Positions 18,650 to 26,567 of a DNA stretch of 32,000 bases are shown one piece after another. Source of the stretch: a bacterium (GTDB lineage: Bacteria; UBP7; UBA6624; JBBIMK01); NCBI GenBank assembly GCA_037444445.1, contig JBBIMK010000010.1, positions 30,001-62,000 on the forward strand, written 5' to 3'. Each line of letters opens with the position of its first letter. The first letter of the stretch is position 1. The notes below the pieces were generated by a model, which was not told the origin of the DNA, did no database searches, and was given only the letters and a program-made list of their open reading frames with translations. The position numbers and the translations under genes were made by a program.

Positions 18650-20140
18650 ATGTGCGGGATAGCGGGAGTTTTTTCAGTGAAGGAGCGGGCACCGGAAGCC
18701 GCCATTCTCTGCCTTTTTGCTCAGCAGCATCGGGGGCAAGAATCGTGTGGAATTGTCTATTCCGGGGGTGATACCCTGCGAATTCAGAAAAATATGGGGC
18801 TCGTCCGCGAGGCTTTTCGTGAGGGTGAGGAAAAAAAACTCCACGGCCGGGTGTGCATCGGGCATGTTCGCTATCCCACGCAGGGGAATGTAGATGTGAA
18901 GAATGCCCAGCCCCACCTGATTGACCTGAATGGTCATACTCCTTTCGCCATTGCCACCAACGGTGACATCGTGAATTACTACACCACCCGTCATCTTCTG
19001 GAATCGGCTGGAATTTCCTTTTACAGCGAGAATGATGGAGAGTTATTAGGGAAGTTCATCGGTTATCAGATGGTTAACCGGGGGTTAAGCCTGCTGGAAG
19101 CGGTGCGCAGGATGATGGAGGAAGTGAAAGGGGCGTATTCCGGGGTTCTTGCCACGCCCGCACAATTATGGGTATTTCGTGACCCATTGGGCGTTCGCCC
19201 CCTCGTCTATGGATATATGAAAGAAACTGGATGTCACATTTTTGCCTCGGAGTCCGTGGCGCTGGATATTCTGGGTGCGGATTATCGCAAAACCGTTCAG
19301 CCTGGTGAAATCATAATCGTGGACGAAACAGGGATTCATTCCGAGCGAGGGGTGAAATTTCTCCCTCCTCATCACGCTCATTGCGTATTTGAACTCATCT
19401 ACTTCTCTCGTCCGGACAGCCTGATTTTTGATACGCCGAAGCCGGAGAAGGGGCTGTTTGGAAAGCCCCCTTCAGACGGCTCCCATCCCTGTTACATTCA
19501 TGGATTCCGAAAACGACTGGGGAAGAAACTGGCAGAAAAAGATAGGGTAAAAGCGGATGTGGTGATTGGCATTCCTGACTCTGGCACTTTCATTGCGATG
19601 GGCTATTCAGAGCAATCGGGTATTCCGTTTTCCATCGGGCTGGTGCGAAGCCACTATGTGGGGCGGACTTTCATCCGACCGGAACAGCGATACAGGGACC
19701 AGGATGTGCGGGAGAAATTTAACCCCGTCCCGGGATTCTTTGAAGGCAAAAAAATCATCGTCGTGGATGATTCTATCGTGCGGGGCACCACGATGAAGCA
19801 AATCATTGCCATGATTCGGGAAGCAGGAGCGAAGGAGGTTCATCTCCGCATCGGCTCTCCGCCCATGCGGTATTCTTGCTTCTACGGTATTGATACACCC
19901 AATCGGGAGCACCTCATCGCCAATATCGCAGGCATGCAGAAGAACGCACGCCTGGAAAAGATTCAACAGGAGGTGGGGAAGTTCCTCGGTGTGGACTCAT
20001 TACTGTATCTATCTCTGGAGGAGTTAAGAGAAATTGCCCGCCCCCTGGACCAGTTCTGCTATGCCTGCTTCAGTGGGCAGTATCCCATGGGGGTGAAGGA
20101 TAAACCCCCAACAAAACTTCAGGTGGCAAGCCGAAAGTAG
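18650..20140 (+). CDS. purF: Amidophosphoribosyltransferase
   Basis: MCGIAGVF Ntn-amidotransferase start with no propeptide, RGQESCGI, the PRTase motif VVDDSIVRGTT and a C-terminal Cys pattern (CFYGID ... CYACFSGQYP) of the Fe-S-containing class. Confidence 0.95.
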   Translation: MCGIAGVFSVKERAPEAAILCLFAQQHRGQESCGIVYSGGDTLRIQKNMGLVREAFREGEEKKLHGRVCIGHVRYPTQGNVDVKNAQPHLIDLNGHTPFAIATNGDIVNYYTTRHLLESAGISFYSENDGELLGKFIGYQMVNRGLSLLEAVRRMMEEVKGAYSGVLATPAQLWVFRDPLGVRPLVYGYMKETGCHIFASESVALDILGADYRKTVQPGEIIIVDETGIHSERGVKFLPPHHAHCVFELIYFSRPDSLIFDTPKPEKGLFGKPPSDGSHPCYIHGFRKRLGKKLAEKDRVKADVVIGIPDSGTFIAMGYSEQSGIPFSIGLVRSHYVGRTFIRPEQRYRDQDVREKFNPVPGFFEGKKIIVVDDSIVRGTTMKQIIAMIREAGAKEVHLRIGSPPMRYSCFYGIDTPNREHLIANIAGMQKNARLEKIQQEVGKFLGVDSLLYLSLEELREIARPLDQFCYACFSGQYPMGVKDKPPTKLQVASRK

Positions 20141-20238
20141 GATGATGAATGCCCTTGTAGCGTGCGATACAGCACGCCTATAACGGTATTGATTTTCATC
20201 CTGTAGTATAATTAGGAGACGGTGGTAGTGGAAGGATT

Positions 20239-20310
20239 GCCCTCGTCGTCTAACGGTCAGGACACCACTCTTTCAAGGTGGCAACGGGGGTTCGACTCCC
20301 CCCGAGGGCG
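20239..20310 (+). tRNA. tRNA-Glu (anticodon UUC)
   Basis: Hand-folded cloverleaf of 72 nt. Acceptor stem GCCCUCG/CGAGGGC. D stem GUCU/GGAC with loop AACGGUCA. Anticodon stem CCACU/GGUGG with loop CUUUCAA. T arm GGGGG-UUCGACU-CCCCC. Discriminator G. CCA is not encoded. Closely parallels E. coli tRNA-Glu. Confidence 0.9.
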
Positions 20311-20350
20311 CTACGAGGTGAAAGGAAAAACAGGAAAGGGGGAAGAAGAA

Positions 20351-20671
20351 ATGGCAAGGGAGTTCAGGAGACAAATTTTTGTTTGCACGAAAGAAACTTT
20401 TGATGGATGCTGTGCCCAGAAGGGTGCTCTGGAGGTGTTCAAAGCCCTACGGGAAGCAGTCCGGCAGGCGGGCATCGCAGATGTGCTGGTCTCCGGGTGC
20501 GGATGCACGGGGCAGCATTCCACCGGACCCACCGTGATTGTTCACCCGGACGGCATCTGGTATCAGCAGGTGAAGCCTGAGGATGTGGATGAAATCGTTC
20601 GGGAACATCTTCAGGGCGGAAAGCCTGTAGAACGGCTGGTCAATCCCCAAATGAAAGTCATCCGGGAGTAG
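20351..20671 (+). CDS. Thioredoxin-like [2Fe-2S] ferredoxin domain protein
   Basis: ATG 20351 follows AAAGGGGGAAG. The segment SGCGCTGQHSTGPTVIVHPDGIWYQQVKPEDVDEIVREHL matches the family pattern ...GC..C..GP.v.vyP.g.WY..v.pedv..Iv. The longer track ORF from 20222 overlaps the tRNA and is rejected. Confidence 0.75.
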   Translation: MAREFRRQIFVCTKETFDGCCAQKGALEVFKALREAVRQAGIADVLVSGCGCTGQHSTGPTVIVHPDGIWYQQVKPEDVDEIVREHLQGGKPVERLVNPQMKVIRE

Positions 20672-20699
20672 CCCTTTGAAGATGGATACATAGAGGAAG

Positions 20700-21218
20700 A
20701 TGAAGCGAATATATCGGAGCCGTAAGGAACGCATTCTGGGTGGCGTGTGCGGTGGAATGGGGGAGTATTTAAATGTGGACCCGGTAATTCTCCGTCTTCT
20801 GTTTGTTCTTCTGGTTTTCGCCGGTGGGGCCGGGGTTATCCTGTATATCGTCGCCTGGATGATTATCCCCGAGGGGTCCGCAGGGACGGAGAAAGCACCA
20901 TCCTTTTCAACCGGTGAGAAATCCACTGACGCCGTGGTGGAAGGTTTTGTCCGGGAAGTAGAGGAGGCGGCGGAACAGGTAGAGAAACGCCTGGAGCAGG
21001 CGGTAGAACGCCTGGAGAAAAAAGGCGCCTCTACCACCCCTCAGCGTGTCATTGGTATCTTTTTGATTCTCACCGGTATTTTCCTGTTTTTGACGAAGTT
21101 TGTGGACCTTTCCTGGATATGGGTGTTCTTCTGGCCCCTCCTGCTGGTCGTCCTCGGATTATTGCTTCTCCTGAGTGCCTGGCGGGCGGAAAGCCGCCGC
21201 ACCCTAAAGAAATTATGA
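20700..21218 (+). CDS. PspC domain-containing membrane protein
   Basis: N-terminal RSRKERILGGVCGGMGEYLNVDPVILRLLFVLLVFAGGAGVILYIVAWMIIPE is a canonical PspC domain. A charged linker and two further TM helices follow. Confidence 0.85.
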   Translation: MKRIYRSRKERILGGVCGGMGEYLNVDPVILRLLFVLLVFAGGAGVILYIVAWMIIPEGSAGTEKAPSFSTGEKSTDAVVEGFVREVEEAAEQVEKRLEQAVERLEKKGASTTPQRVIGIFLILTGIFLFLTKFVDLSWIWVFFWPLLLVVLGLLLLLSAWRAESRRTLKKL

Positions 21219-22126
21219 ACTTTGGGCGCCTCAACATCGGCCTCTTGCTGGTTTCCGCAGGTATCCTCATTTTTTTCATCCAGCAAGGGCGTCTCACCTG
21301 GGGAGTATTTCTGGATATGGCTCGTTTCTGGCCTGTTTTCCTCATCGCTTTAGGGGTAGAATTCCTGTTCAGGAAAACCCGCCTGTGGCTTCTGACCCTT
21401 CTCTCTCCCCTTTTGCTGATGGGCGTTTTCTGGGGTGTGGTCTACAGCCATATGCATGGAGAAGAGGGGCTCCCTCTTCCTTATGCTTTTTTTCGCCAGC
21501 AGGGGGAAGAAACCTCCTGGTCCTTTCCCCTGCCTTCAAAAATCGCTCCCTGGTCTCTTACACTCATTTTTGAGGCGGGAAAATTGAACCTGCAAAGCCC
21601 TTCTCCCGAAGAGAACCTGGTCTCTGCAAACTTCTCCTTCACAGGTGCAGAGCCGAAAATCTCCACCTCCGAATCAGAAGAAGGCGTGGAGATTGTGTTC
21701 TCCTCCCCTTCTGTCGGAAGAGGCTATCAAAAGAAATGGGGAGTCAAAGTGTCAGAGAAAGCCCCTCTGAATCTATCGGTGGAAGTCAATGCTGCACGAG
21801 TTCAACTCCACCTTCAGAGGGTTCCATTGAAATCCCTGTCGCTGGATGCCAATGTCAGCACGGTGAACATCTGGCTGGGCGACAAAACCCGGGGAGAAGC
21901 AGATGTGAATATGAAGGCGAATGTAACTTCTCTCATCGTGGTTGTGCCTGAGGAGTGCGGGTTTTCCCTTTCTCCTGAAACCACTTTATCCGCCACAAAT
22001 ATTGAGCGATTGAAACTGAAAAAGAAGGAAGGACGGCAGGTCTCCTCTAATTACGACACCGCCGTTTGCCGATACCAGATGAGCATTCAGGCAGATGTTT
22101 CACGCTTTCGTCTTCTCACCGAGTAA
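21215..22126 (+). CDS. LiaF/DUF5668-like membrane protein with a C-terminal toastrack-like beta domain
   Basis: ATG 21215 overlaps the pspC stop (ATGA). The N-terminus has TM helices with WPVFLIALGVEFLF, the LiaI-LiaF-like TM signature. The C-terminal half is made of repetitive beta-strand segments (LNLSVEVNAARVQLHL, LSLDANVSTVNIWLG, ADVNMKANVTSLIVVVP), as in DUF2154/DUF4097-type domains. Confidence 0.65.
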   Translation: MNFGRLNIGLLLVSAGILIFFIQQGRLTWGVFLDMARFWPVFLIALGVEFLFRKTRLWLLTLLSPLLLMGVFWGVVYSHMHGEEGLPLPYAFFRQQGEETSWSFPLPSKIAPWSLTLIFEAGKLNLQSPSPEENLVSANFSFTGAEPKISTSESEEGVEIVFSSPSVGRGYQKKWGVKVSEKAPLNLSVEVNAARVQLHLQRVPLKSLSLDANVSTVNIWLGDKTRGEADVNMKANVTSLIVVVPEECGFSLSPETTLSATNIERLKLKKKEGRQVSSNYDTAVCRYQMSIQADVSRFRLLTE

Positions 22127-22183
22127 GCCAGCGTGCGCTGAATGCGAGCGGGGAAGCATCCTGCCCCTGAAGAGAATTCGGAA

Positions 22184-23056
22184 ATGTGGTATGATGAAAG
22201 TGCGATGGCAGGAATCGTGTCATTATGGGAAGCCATGCGTCCTCGTCAGTGGGCGAAGAATCTTCTGCTGTTTGCTCCCTTGATTTTCGCCAATCGCTTC
22301 ACGGAACTTCCCCTTCTCTACACCACATTTCTGGCTTTCCTTCTGTTTAATCTCCTCTCCAGTGCAGGATATTTATATAATGATGCTATGGATGTGGAGG
22401 CGGACCGGAAGCATCCGGTGAAAAGAGATAGACCCTTAGCCAGGGGTGCACTCCCTCTGGATGTGATTCTCACATTTTCTTTCCTCTTCGCCCTCGCGGG
22501 TCTCCTCCTCTCTTTCCTCCTTGACCGTGAGTTTGGATACGCATCCGCCGGGTATTTTGCCTTTTCTTTACTGTATTCCCGGCTGATGAAGAATATCGCA
22601 ATTGTGGAGATGCTCATAGTGTCGCTGGAATACCTGCTTCGGGTAGCTGCGGGAGCCTTTGCCATTGAGGTGGTTGTTTCTCCCTGGCTGTTATTATGCA
22701 CCTTTCTTCTGGCTCTGGTTCTGGTGGTGGGGAAGCGGAGAGCGGAGTTAAATCTGATGTCTGCCCGCCCCGTCCTTTCCTTTTACTCCAACCCTCTGCT
22801 GGACCAGTTTCTTGCCATTGCCGTGGCTTCAGCCCTGGTGGCGTATTCATTTTATACATTTCAGTCACCCCATACCCGCTGGCTGATGCTCACCATCCCG
22901 TCGGTGGTATATGGGCTGTTTCGGTATCTCTACCTGATTTATCGGGAGGACAAGGGTGGAGCCCCTGATGAAGAACTCCTTTCTGATAAGCCCTCTGTGG
23001 TTAATTTGCTCCTCTGGCTCTTCCTGGTGGTTCTGGCATTTCGCCTGGGGAGGTGA
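22184..23056 (+). CDS. UbiA-family prenyl-phosphate phosphoribosyltransferase-like protein (decaprenyl-phosphate 5-phosphoribosyltransferase family)
   Basis: MRPRQWAKNLLLFAPL and YLYNDAMDVEADRKHPVKRDRPLARG closely follow the Rv3806c-type family motifs. The protein is polytopic. The start is uncertain: the ORF opens at 22142, and candidate ATGs lie at 22184 and 22205. Confidence 0.8.
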   Translation: MWYDESAMAGIVSLWEAMRPRQWAKNLLLFAPLIFANRFTELPLLYTTFLAFLLFNLLSSAGYLYNDAMDVEADRKHPVKRDRPLARGALPLDVILTFSFLFALAGLLLSFLLDREFGYASAGYFAFSLLYSRLMKNIAIVEMLIVSLEYLLRVAAGAFAIEVVVSPWLLLCTFLLALVLVVGKRRAELNLMSARPVLSFYSNPLLDQFLAIAVASALVAYSFYTFQSPHTRWLMLTIPSVVYGLFRYLYLIYREDKGGAPDEELLSDKPSVVNLLLWLFLVVLAFRLGR

Positions 23057-23059
23057 AGA

Positions 23060-23413
23060 ATGGGAAAAGGAATCTGGAAAAGATGGCTGGAGGGTTTGAG
23101 CGGAGTGTATCTCTTTCGGAAATCGCAGAAGCCTCCATATAGCGTCAGCACTATCACCACGGATGCAGGGGCTCGGGAGAAAATGTTCGTGGTGGTGCTG
23201 ACGGATGCACAGTCGCATTCCACACCCCTGTTGCTGACTCACGATGAGAATCGGGCTCGTGCCCTGTCAGCCCGGATTCAAGCCGACATAGACGCATTGC
23301 CCGTTGGCGAGTTTGAGAAGCGATGGCTTTCCCCTCATCTACCTCCTTCCCTTCTATCAGAGACAACACCCGGGGAAGAGCCTCCGAGAAGAACGGGAAA
23401 AACTACCGAATGA
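23060..23413 (+). CDS. Hypothetical protein (117 aa)
   Basis: ATG lies 4 nt after the upstream stop, with GGGGAGGTGA immediately upstream. The ORF ends 5 nt before nusB. No recognisable motif. Confidence 0.5.
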   Translation: MGKGIWKRWLEGLSGVYLFRKSQKPPYSVSTITTDAGAREKMFVVVLTDAQSHSTPLLLTHDENRARALSARIQADIDALPVGEFEKRWLSPHLPPSLLSETTPGEEPPRRTGKTTE

Positions 23414-23417
23414 GCCC

Positions 23418-23822
23418 ATGAGCCTGAGCCGTGCTCGTGAGACCGTCTTTCAGGTCCTGTGTGCCTTAGACCTGTCGCCAAGCTCCCCGAAGAAAGCCCT
23501 TTCTCTTTTCAATGGTTATGCCGCTCTTTCAGAGGATGAAAAAAAATATGCTGAAAGCCTGTTAACGAAAGTCTTCCGTTTCCGTCAAAAACTGGATGCC
23601 CTTTACAAGCCTCACCTGAAGCGATGGAAGGTAAGCCGTCTGGCTACGGTGGACAGAAATCTTTTACGCATTGCCTTACATGAAATCTTCTACGGGGATG
23701 TTCCTCCTCCTGTGGCAATTCATGAAGTTCTGGAACTGGCAAAGCGGTATGGAAACGAACAGTCCCCCTCCTTCATCCACGGGATTCTCGGCTCCATCTT
23801 GAAAAAGGCAAGCCGGAAATAA
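23418..23822 (+). CDS. nusB: Transcription antitermination factor NusB
   Basis: The start MSLSRARETVFQVLCALD and the segment VDRNLLRIALHEIFYGDVPPPVAIHEVLELAKRYGNEQSPSFIHGILGSI match the NusB family pattern. The longer track ORF from 23304 overlaps the upstream gene. Confidence 0.9.
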   Translation: MSLSRARETVFQVLCALDLSPSSPKKALSLFNGYAALSEDEKKYAESLLTKVFRFRQKLDALYKPHLKRWKVSRLATVDRNLLRIALHEIFYGDVPPPVAIHEVLELAKRYGNEQSPSFIHGILGSILKKASRK

Positions 23823-23876
23823 TCTGGAATGAATCAATCCAAAATTCTCAACAAATTCCAGGGGCTTGAATGCGGA

Positions 23877-23885
23877 TGTTATAAT
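23877..23885 (+). promoter_or_regulatory. Extended -10 promoter (TGTTATAAT) directly in front of the next gene
   Basis: TGn + TATAAT is a perfect consensus. Only 10 nt separate the hexamer from ATG 23896, and no SD lies between them. Confidence 0.45.
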
Positions 23886-23895
23886 ACAGTGTGGG

Positions 23896-24741
23896 ATGAG
23901 GAAGTGGCTCATAAAAGGTGGGAGTATAGGAGTCGTTATCGGGCTTCTACTGAGCGCCGTGTTCGCTGCCTACCTCATCTTCATCCGGATAAATCAGCCG
24001 GAACGATATGCAGGCGTCAGGGGGGACGCCTGGCGAGACCTGGATGTGAAGAAGGGCTTGAGGGTCATTTATGAAGCCCTCCGGGAATACTACCGGGAAA
24101 ATGGGCAGTACCCCATTTACATCTGGGGTGGAAGTTACCAGGCCTGGGAAGACGCCCTGACTACGGGAGCCTATAGCGAATTTGAGGACCCTCTGCTCAG
24201 CACGGGTGTCCTGACAAATTACCCGAAGAATCCTTACTTCCCGGAGGTTCGGGAAATCTGTGTTCAAACGGGTATGGACCCGCGTTTTGGGTGCCTTACT
24301 TCCCTGGGGAAATCCCGGACCGCGGGCGGGGAATATATGGGGAATATCCTCTCGGACAATCGCTTCCGTGCCCGAACTTCTCCACCGAAATCCGTAATAG
24401 AAAACCGCCCCGACTTATATTATGTTTACACAGGCGATACATCTTTTTGGACCGTTGACTGGCTCCCCGGCGAGTTCGGCTATCGTGCCCTGGACAGACA
24501 GCATTTTATCTTATTTGCTTATGGCAGTCGCCGGAACACTGGCCTGGACATTCTGAATCATGAAATGGGTGAAAAAGAAAGGCAGGGCGGGCTCTTGTCT
24601 CCCCCCAATGTTGCCTTCCTTTCCTCCCTTAAAGAAGGCGAGCCACTCCGATATGGAAATCCGGATGGGATTCCCGATGGGGTCATCCTCGTTTTTAACC
24701 AGGACGGACCCCTGATGGAATATTCCTATCCTCTGGAATAG
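23896..24741 (+). CDS. Membrane-anchored hypothetical protein with a pseudopilin-like (GspG-like) core but no prepilin motif
   Basis: N-terminal TM helix (GSIGVVIGLLLSAVFAAYLIFI) is followed by LRVIYEALREYYRENGQYP, which resembles the AL..Y..dnG.YP segment of type II secretion pseudopilins. The start was chosen at ATG 23896; the track start, TTG 23866, lies upstream of the -10 element. Confidence 0.55.
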   Translation: MRKWLIKGGSIGVVIGLLLSAVFAAYLIFIRINQPERYAGVRGDAWRDLDVKKGLRVIYEALREYYRENGQYPIYIWGGSYQAWEDALTTGAYSEFEDPLLSTGVLTNYPKNPYFPEVREICVQTGMDPRFGCLTSLGKSRTAGGEYMGNILSDNRFRARTSPPKSVIENRPDLYYVYTGDTSFWTVDWLPGEFGYRALDRQHFILFAYGSRRNTGLDILNHEMGEKERQGGLLSPPNVAFLSSLKEGEPLRYGNPDGIPDGVILVFNQDGPLMEYSYPLE

Positions 24742-24960
24742 GTTCCTTCGTTCACCCCCTGATGGGTAAAAAATATCTGATGGTTATCTTTCGGCTCTTA
24801 TCTACCCATTCGTTTCGTGTGATGAGAAACTTATGGGTAAGAATTTGGAATGAAATCATCCAACTAACTCTTTACCAATCAGGGAGAAGGAAATGGTGGT
24901 GTTCAGAGCCTGAAGCCCGAAATGTCTTACGGAGGCCACTGGTGTTTCACATCTGGTTTA

Positions 24961-24969
24961 TGTTATGAT
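24961..24969 (+). promoter_or_regulatory. Extended -10 promoter (TGTTATGAT) directly in front of the next gene
   Basis: TGn + TATGAT lies 11 nt upstream of ATG 24981, with no SD in between. Confidence 0.4.
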
Positions 24970-24980
24970 GAGAATAGACA

Positions 24981-25502
24981 ATGAGGTTGGAGGAGAAACG
25001 AGAGAAACTGGGGGAGTTCCTGAAAGGATGGAAAAGGTTATGGGAGGCCGTGTTTCCCTACCTTTCACTTTCCTATCCTGACCGTCCATTACCGACTACG
25101 GAAGAAGAAGAGCGGTATCTTCGGCTAAAAGGGGAGATTCTCCAGGCTTTCCCGTGGATTGAGGCCCACTTCTGGGAGCCGGAACTGGTGGAATCTTTTC
25201 GGAAGGCGATGACAATAGCCAGTTCTCTGCGGGAACTGGTAGAAAACCCGGGCGGGAGAGAATTATTTCGCAAGCACTGGGGCATTGTGGACAATGGGTT
25301 GAACCTGACTTTTGGACGGCTGGAGCAGGAGGCGGAAGTCACCCGACACTTCCCCGTCCGTCTCCAGCGCTGGCTATATAAAGCCTTCCCTCCCCTGCTT
25401 CGCTTCATTCTGTTTCTGGTCATTTTTCTCCTCGCATTGTGGAAAGTTATGGAACTGGTGACTCCCTGGTTGTTGGAAAAAAATTTCCTTCTTTCGGGTT
25501 AG
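24981..25502 (+). CDS. Hypothetical helical protein with a C-terminal TM anchor
   Basis: A 173-aa ORF with a charged helical N-terminal part and a C-terminal hydrophobic helix (LLRFILFLVIFLLALW). It ends 3 nt before the PHP gene. Confidence 0.55.
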   Translation: MRLEEKREKLGEFLKGWKRLWEAVFPYLSLSYPDRPLPTTEEEERYLRLKGEILQAFPWIEAHFWEPELVESFRKAMTIASSLRELVENPGGRELFRKHWGIVDNGLNLTFGRLEQEAEVTRHFPVRLQRWLYKAFPPLLRFILFLVIFLLALWKVMELVTPWLLEKNFLLSG

Positions 25503-25505
25503 AGA

Positions 25506-26540
25506 GTGAGCCTTCCGTCTGCGTTTCATATCCATTCCATTTTTTCCGATGGGCGTGCAACACTGGACCGACTGGTAGAGGCGGCGAAACGCACGGGCAC
25601 AAAAATCGTGGCGGTGGTGGACCACGACACGGTGGATAATCGTTCCTGGATGGGCTGGTATAAGGGATGTTTTATTCTATCGGGAGCCGAGATTACCCTG
25701 CGAAACGACCAGCATATCGTGGCTTTTGGGCTGGAGCGACTTCCCACGCCACGAGCAGAAAATGCTGCCACCGTGGCTCGCTTCCTGACAGACAAGCGAA
25801 CCTTCAGTTATATCGCCCATCCGGAGGACCCACCCTGTCCACCTCTTTCGTTGAAGGGATACCCTTTCCAGGAGTGGAAGCAGATGAGCGTATTCAACGG
25901 GATAGAAATCTGGAGCCTCGCTTCCAGCGCGAAGGGGTTCACCACCAACTTGTTGAAAGGGTGGCAGTTATACTGCCGAACCGCCTCCCTCCTGCCCCTG
26001 CCCGGCGAAGAGGTTCTTCAAAAATGGGATTCTGCCTGCTTTCAAAAGCCTTTTTACGCCCTGTGCGGGCTGGACGAGCATTCCTTGCCCTTCAAAAAAC
26101 TCTGGCTGAAGGGAGAGATTTTCGGACTGGAGAAAAGTTTTTGCCTGTTGCGGAATTATCTGGATGTGAAGGAAGAGGAATTGAATACCCCGGAGCGGGG
26201 AGAATCTGCCATCCTCCGATGCCTTCGGGAGGGGCGATTTTACATCGCTTTTGATGCCCTGGCTCCCGCTGGCGGTTTTTCCTTTGAGGTGAAAACGGAA
26301 GAAGGCACATTCCCTATGGGCGGAACAGCCCGTTTTCGGGAGGTAGCCCAGCTATGGTTCAGGCTCCCTGTGTCCGCTGGTGTGAAGATTCTCCATAACG
26401 GAGTGATGATGGCTTTTCACAGCGGAACCGAGTTCTTCGTAGAAGTGAAGGCACCCGGATGTTACCGCGCTGTGGTGTTCCATCACGGCCGCCCCTGGAT
26501 ATTCTCTAATCCCATCTGGCTGACTCCCTCCCAGCCATAA
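25506..26540 (+). CDS. PHP-domain metal-dependent phosphoesterase (CehA/McbA-like)
   Basis: N-terminal FHIHSIFSDGRATLDRLVEAAKRTGTKIVAVVDHD is the PHP His/Asp motif block. A later HPEDP and further conserved acidic/His positions follow. The start codon is GTG. Confidence 0.75.
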   Translation: MSLPSAFHIHSIFSDGRATLDRLVEAAKRTGTKIVAVVDHDTVDNRSWMGWYKGCFILSGAEITLRNDQHIVAFGLERLPTPRAENAATVARFLTDKRTFSYIAHPEDPPCPPLSLKGYPFQEWKQMSVFNGIEIWSLASSAKGFTTNLLKGWQLYCRTASLLPLPGEEVLQKWDSACFQKPFYALCGLDEHSLPFKKLWLKGEIFGLEKSFCLLRNYLDVKEEELNTPERGESAILRCLREGRFYIAFDALAPAGGFSFEVKTEEGTFPMGGTARFREVAQLWFRLPVSAGVKILHNGVMMAFHSGTEFFVEVKAPGCYRAVVFHHGRPWIFSNPIWLTPSQP

Positions 26541-26567
26541 AACTTCTTCCCCTTGCAGATTGATTTG

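Noticed and set aside
20222-20350. N-terminal 43 codons of the 149-aa track ORF (20222-20671).
   Set aside because: This stretch is the tRNA-Glu gene read as protein. The ferredoxin has its own SD and ATG at 20351.
20447-21037. Long antisense ORFs: 20447-21037 (196 aa), 27471-28244 (257 aa), 27101-27601, 4886-5362, 6413-6853, 13579-13983 and 31144-31665.
   Set aside because: All lie opposite well-supported genes or promoters. They have Arg/Pro/Ser/Gly-skewed, motif-free translations and no SD. They are typical shadow ORFs.
20239-22200. tRNA-Glu as an integration site for a genomic island.
   Set aside because: There is no integrase, no visible direct repeat of the tRNA 3' end downstream, and no obvious compositional break. 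The downstream genes look like ordinary envelope and housekeeping genes.
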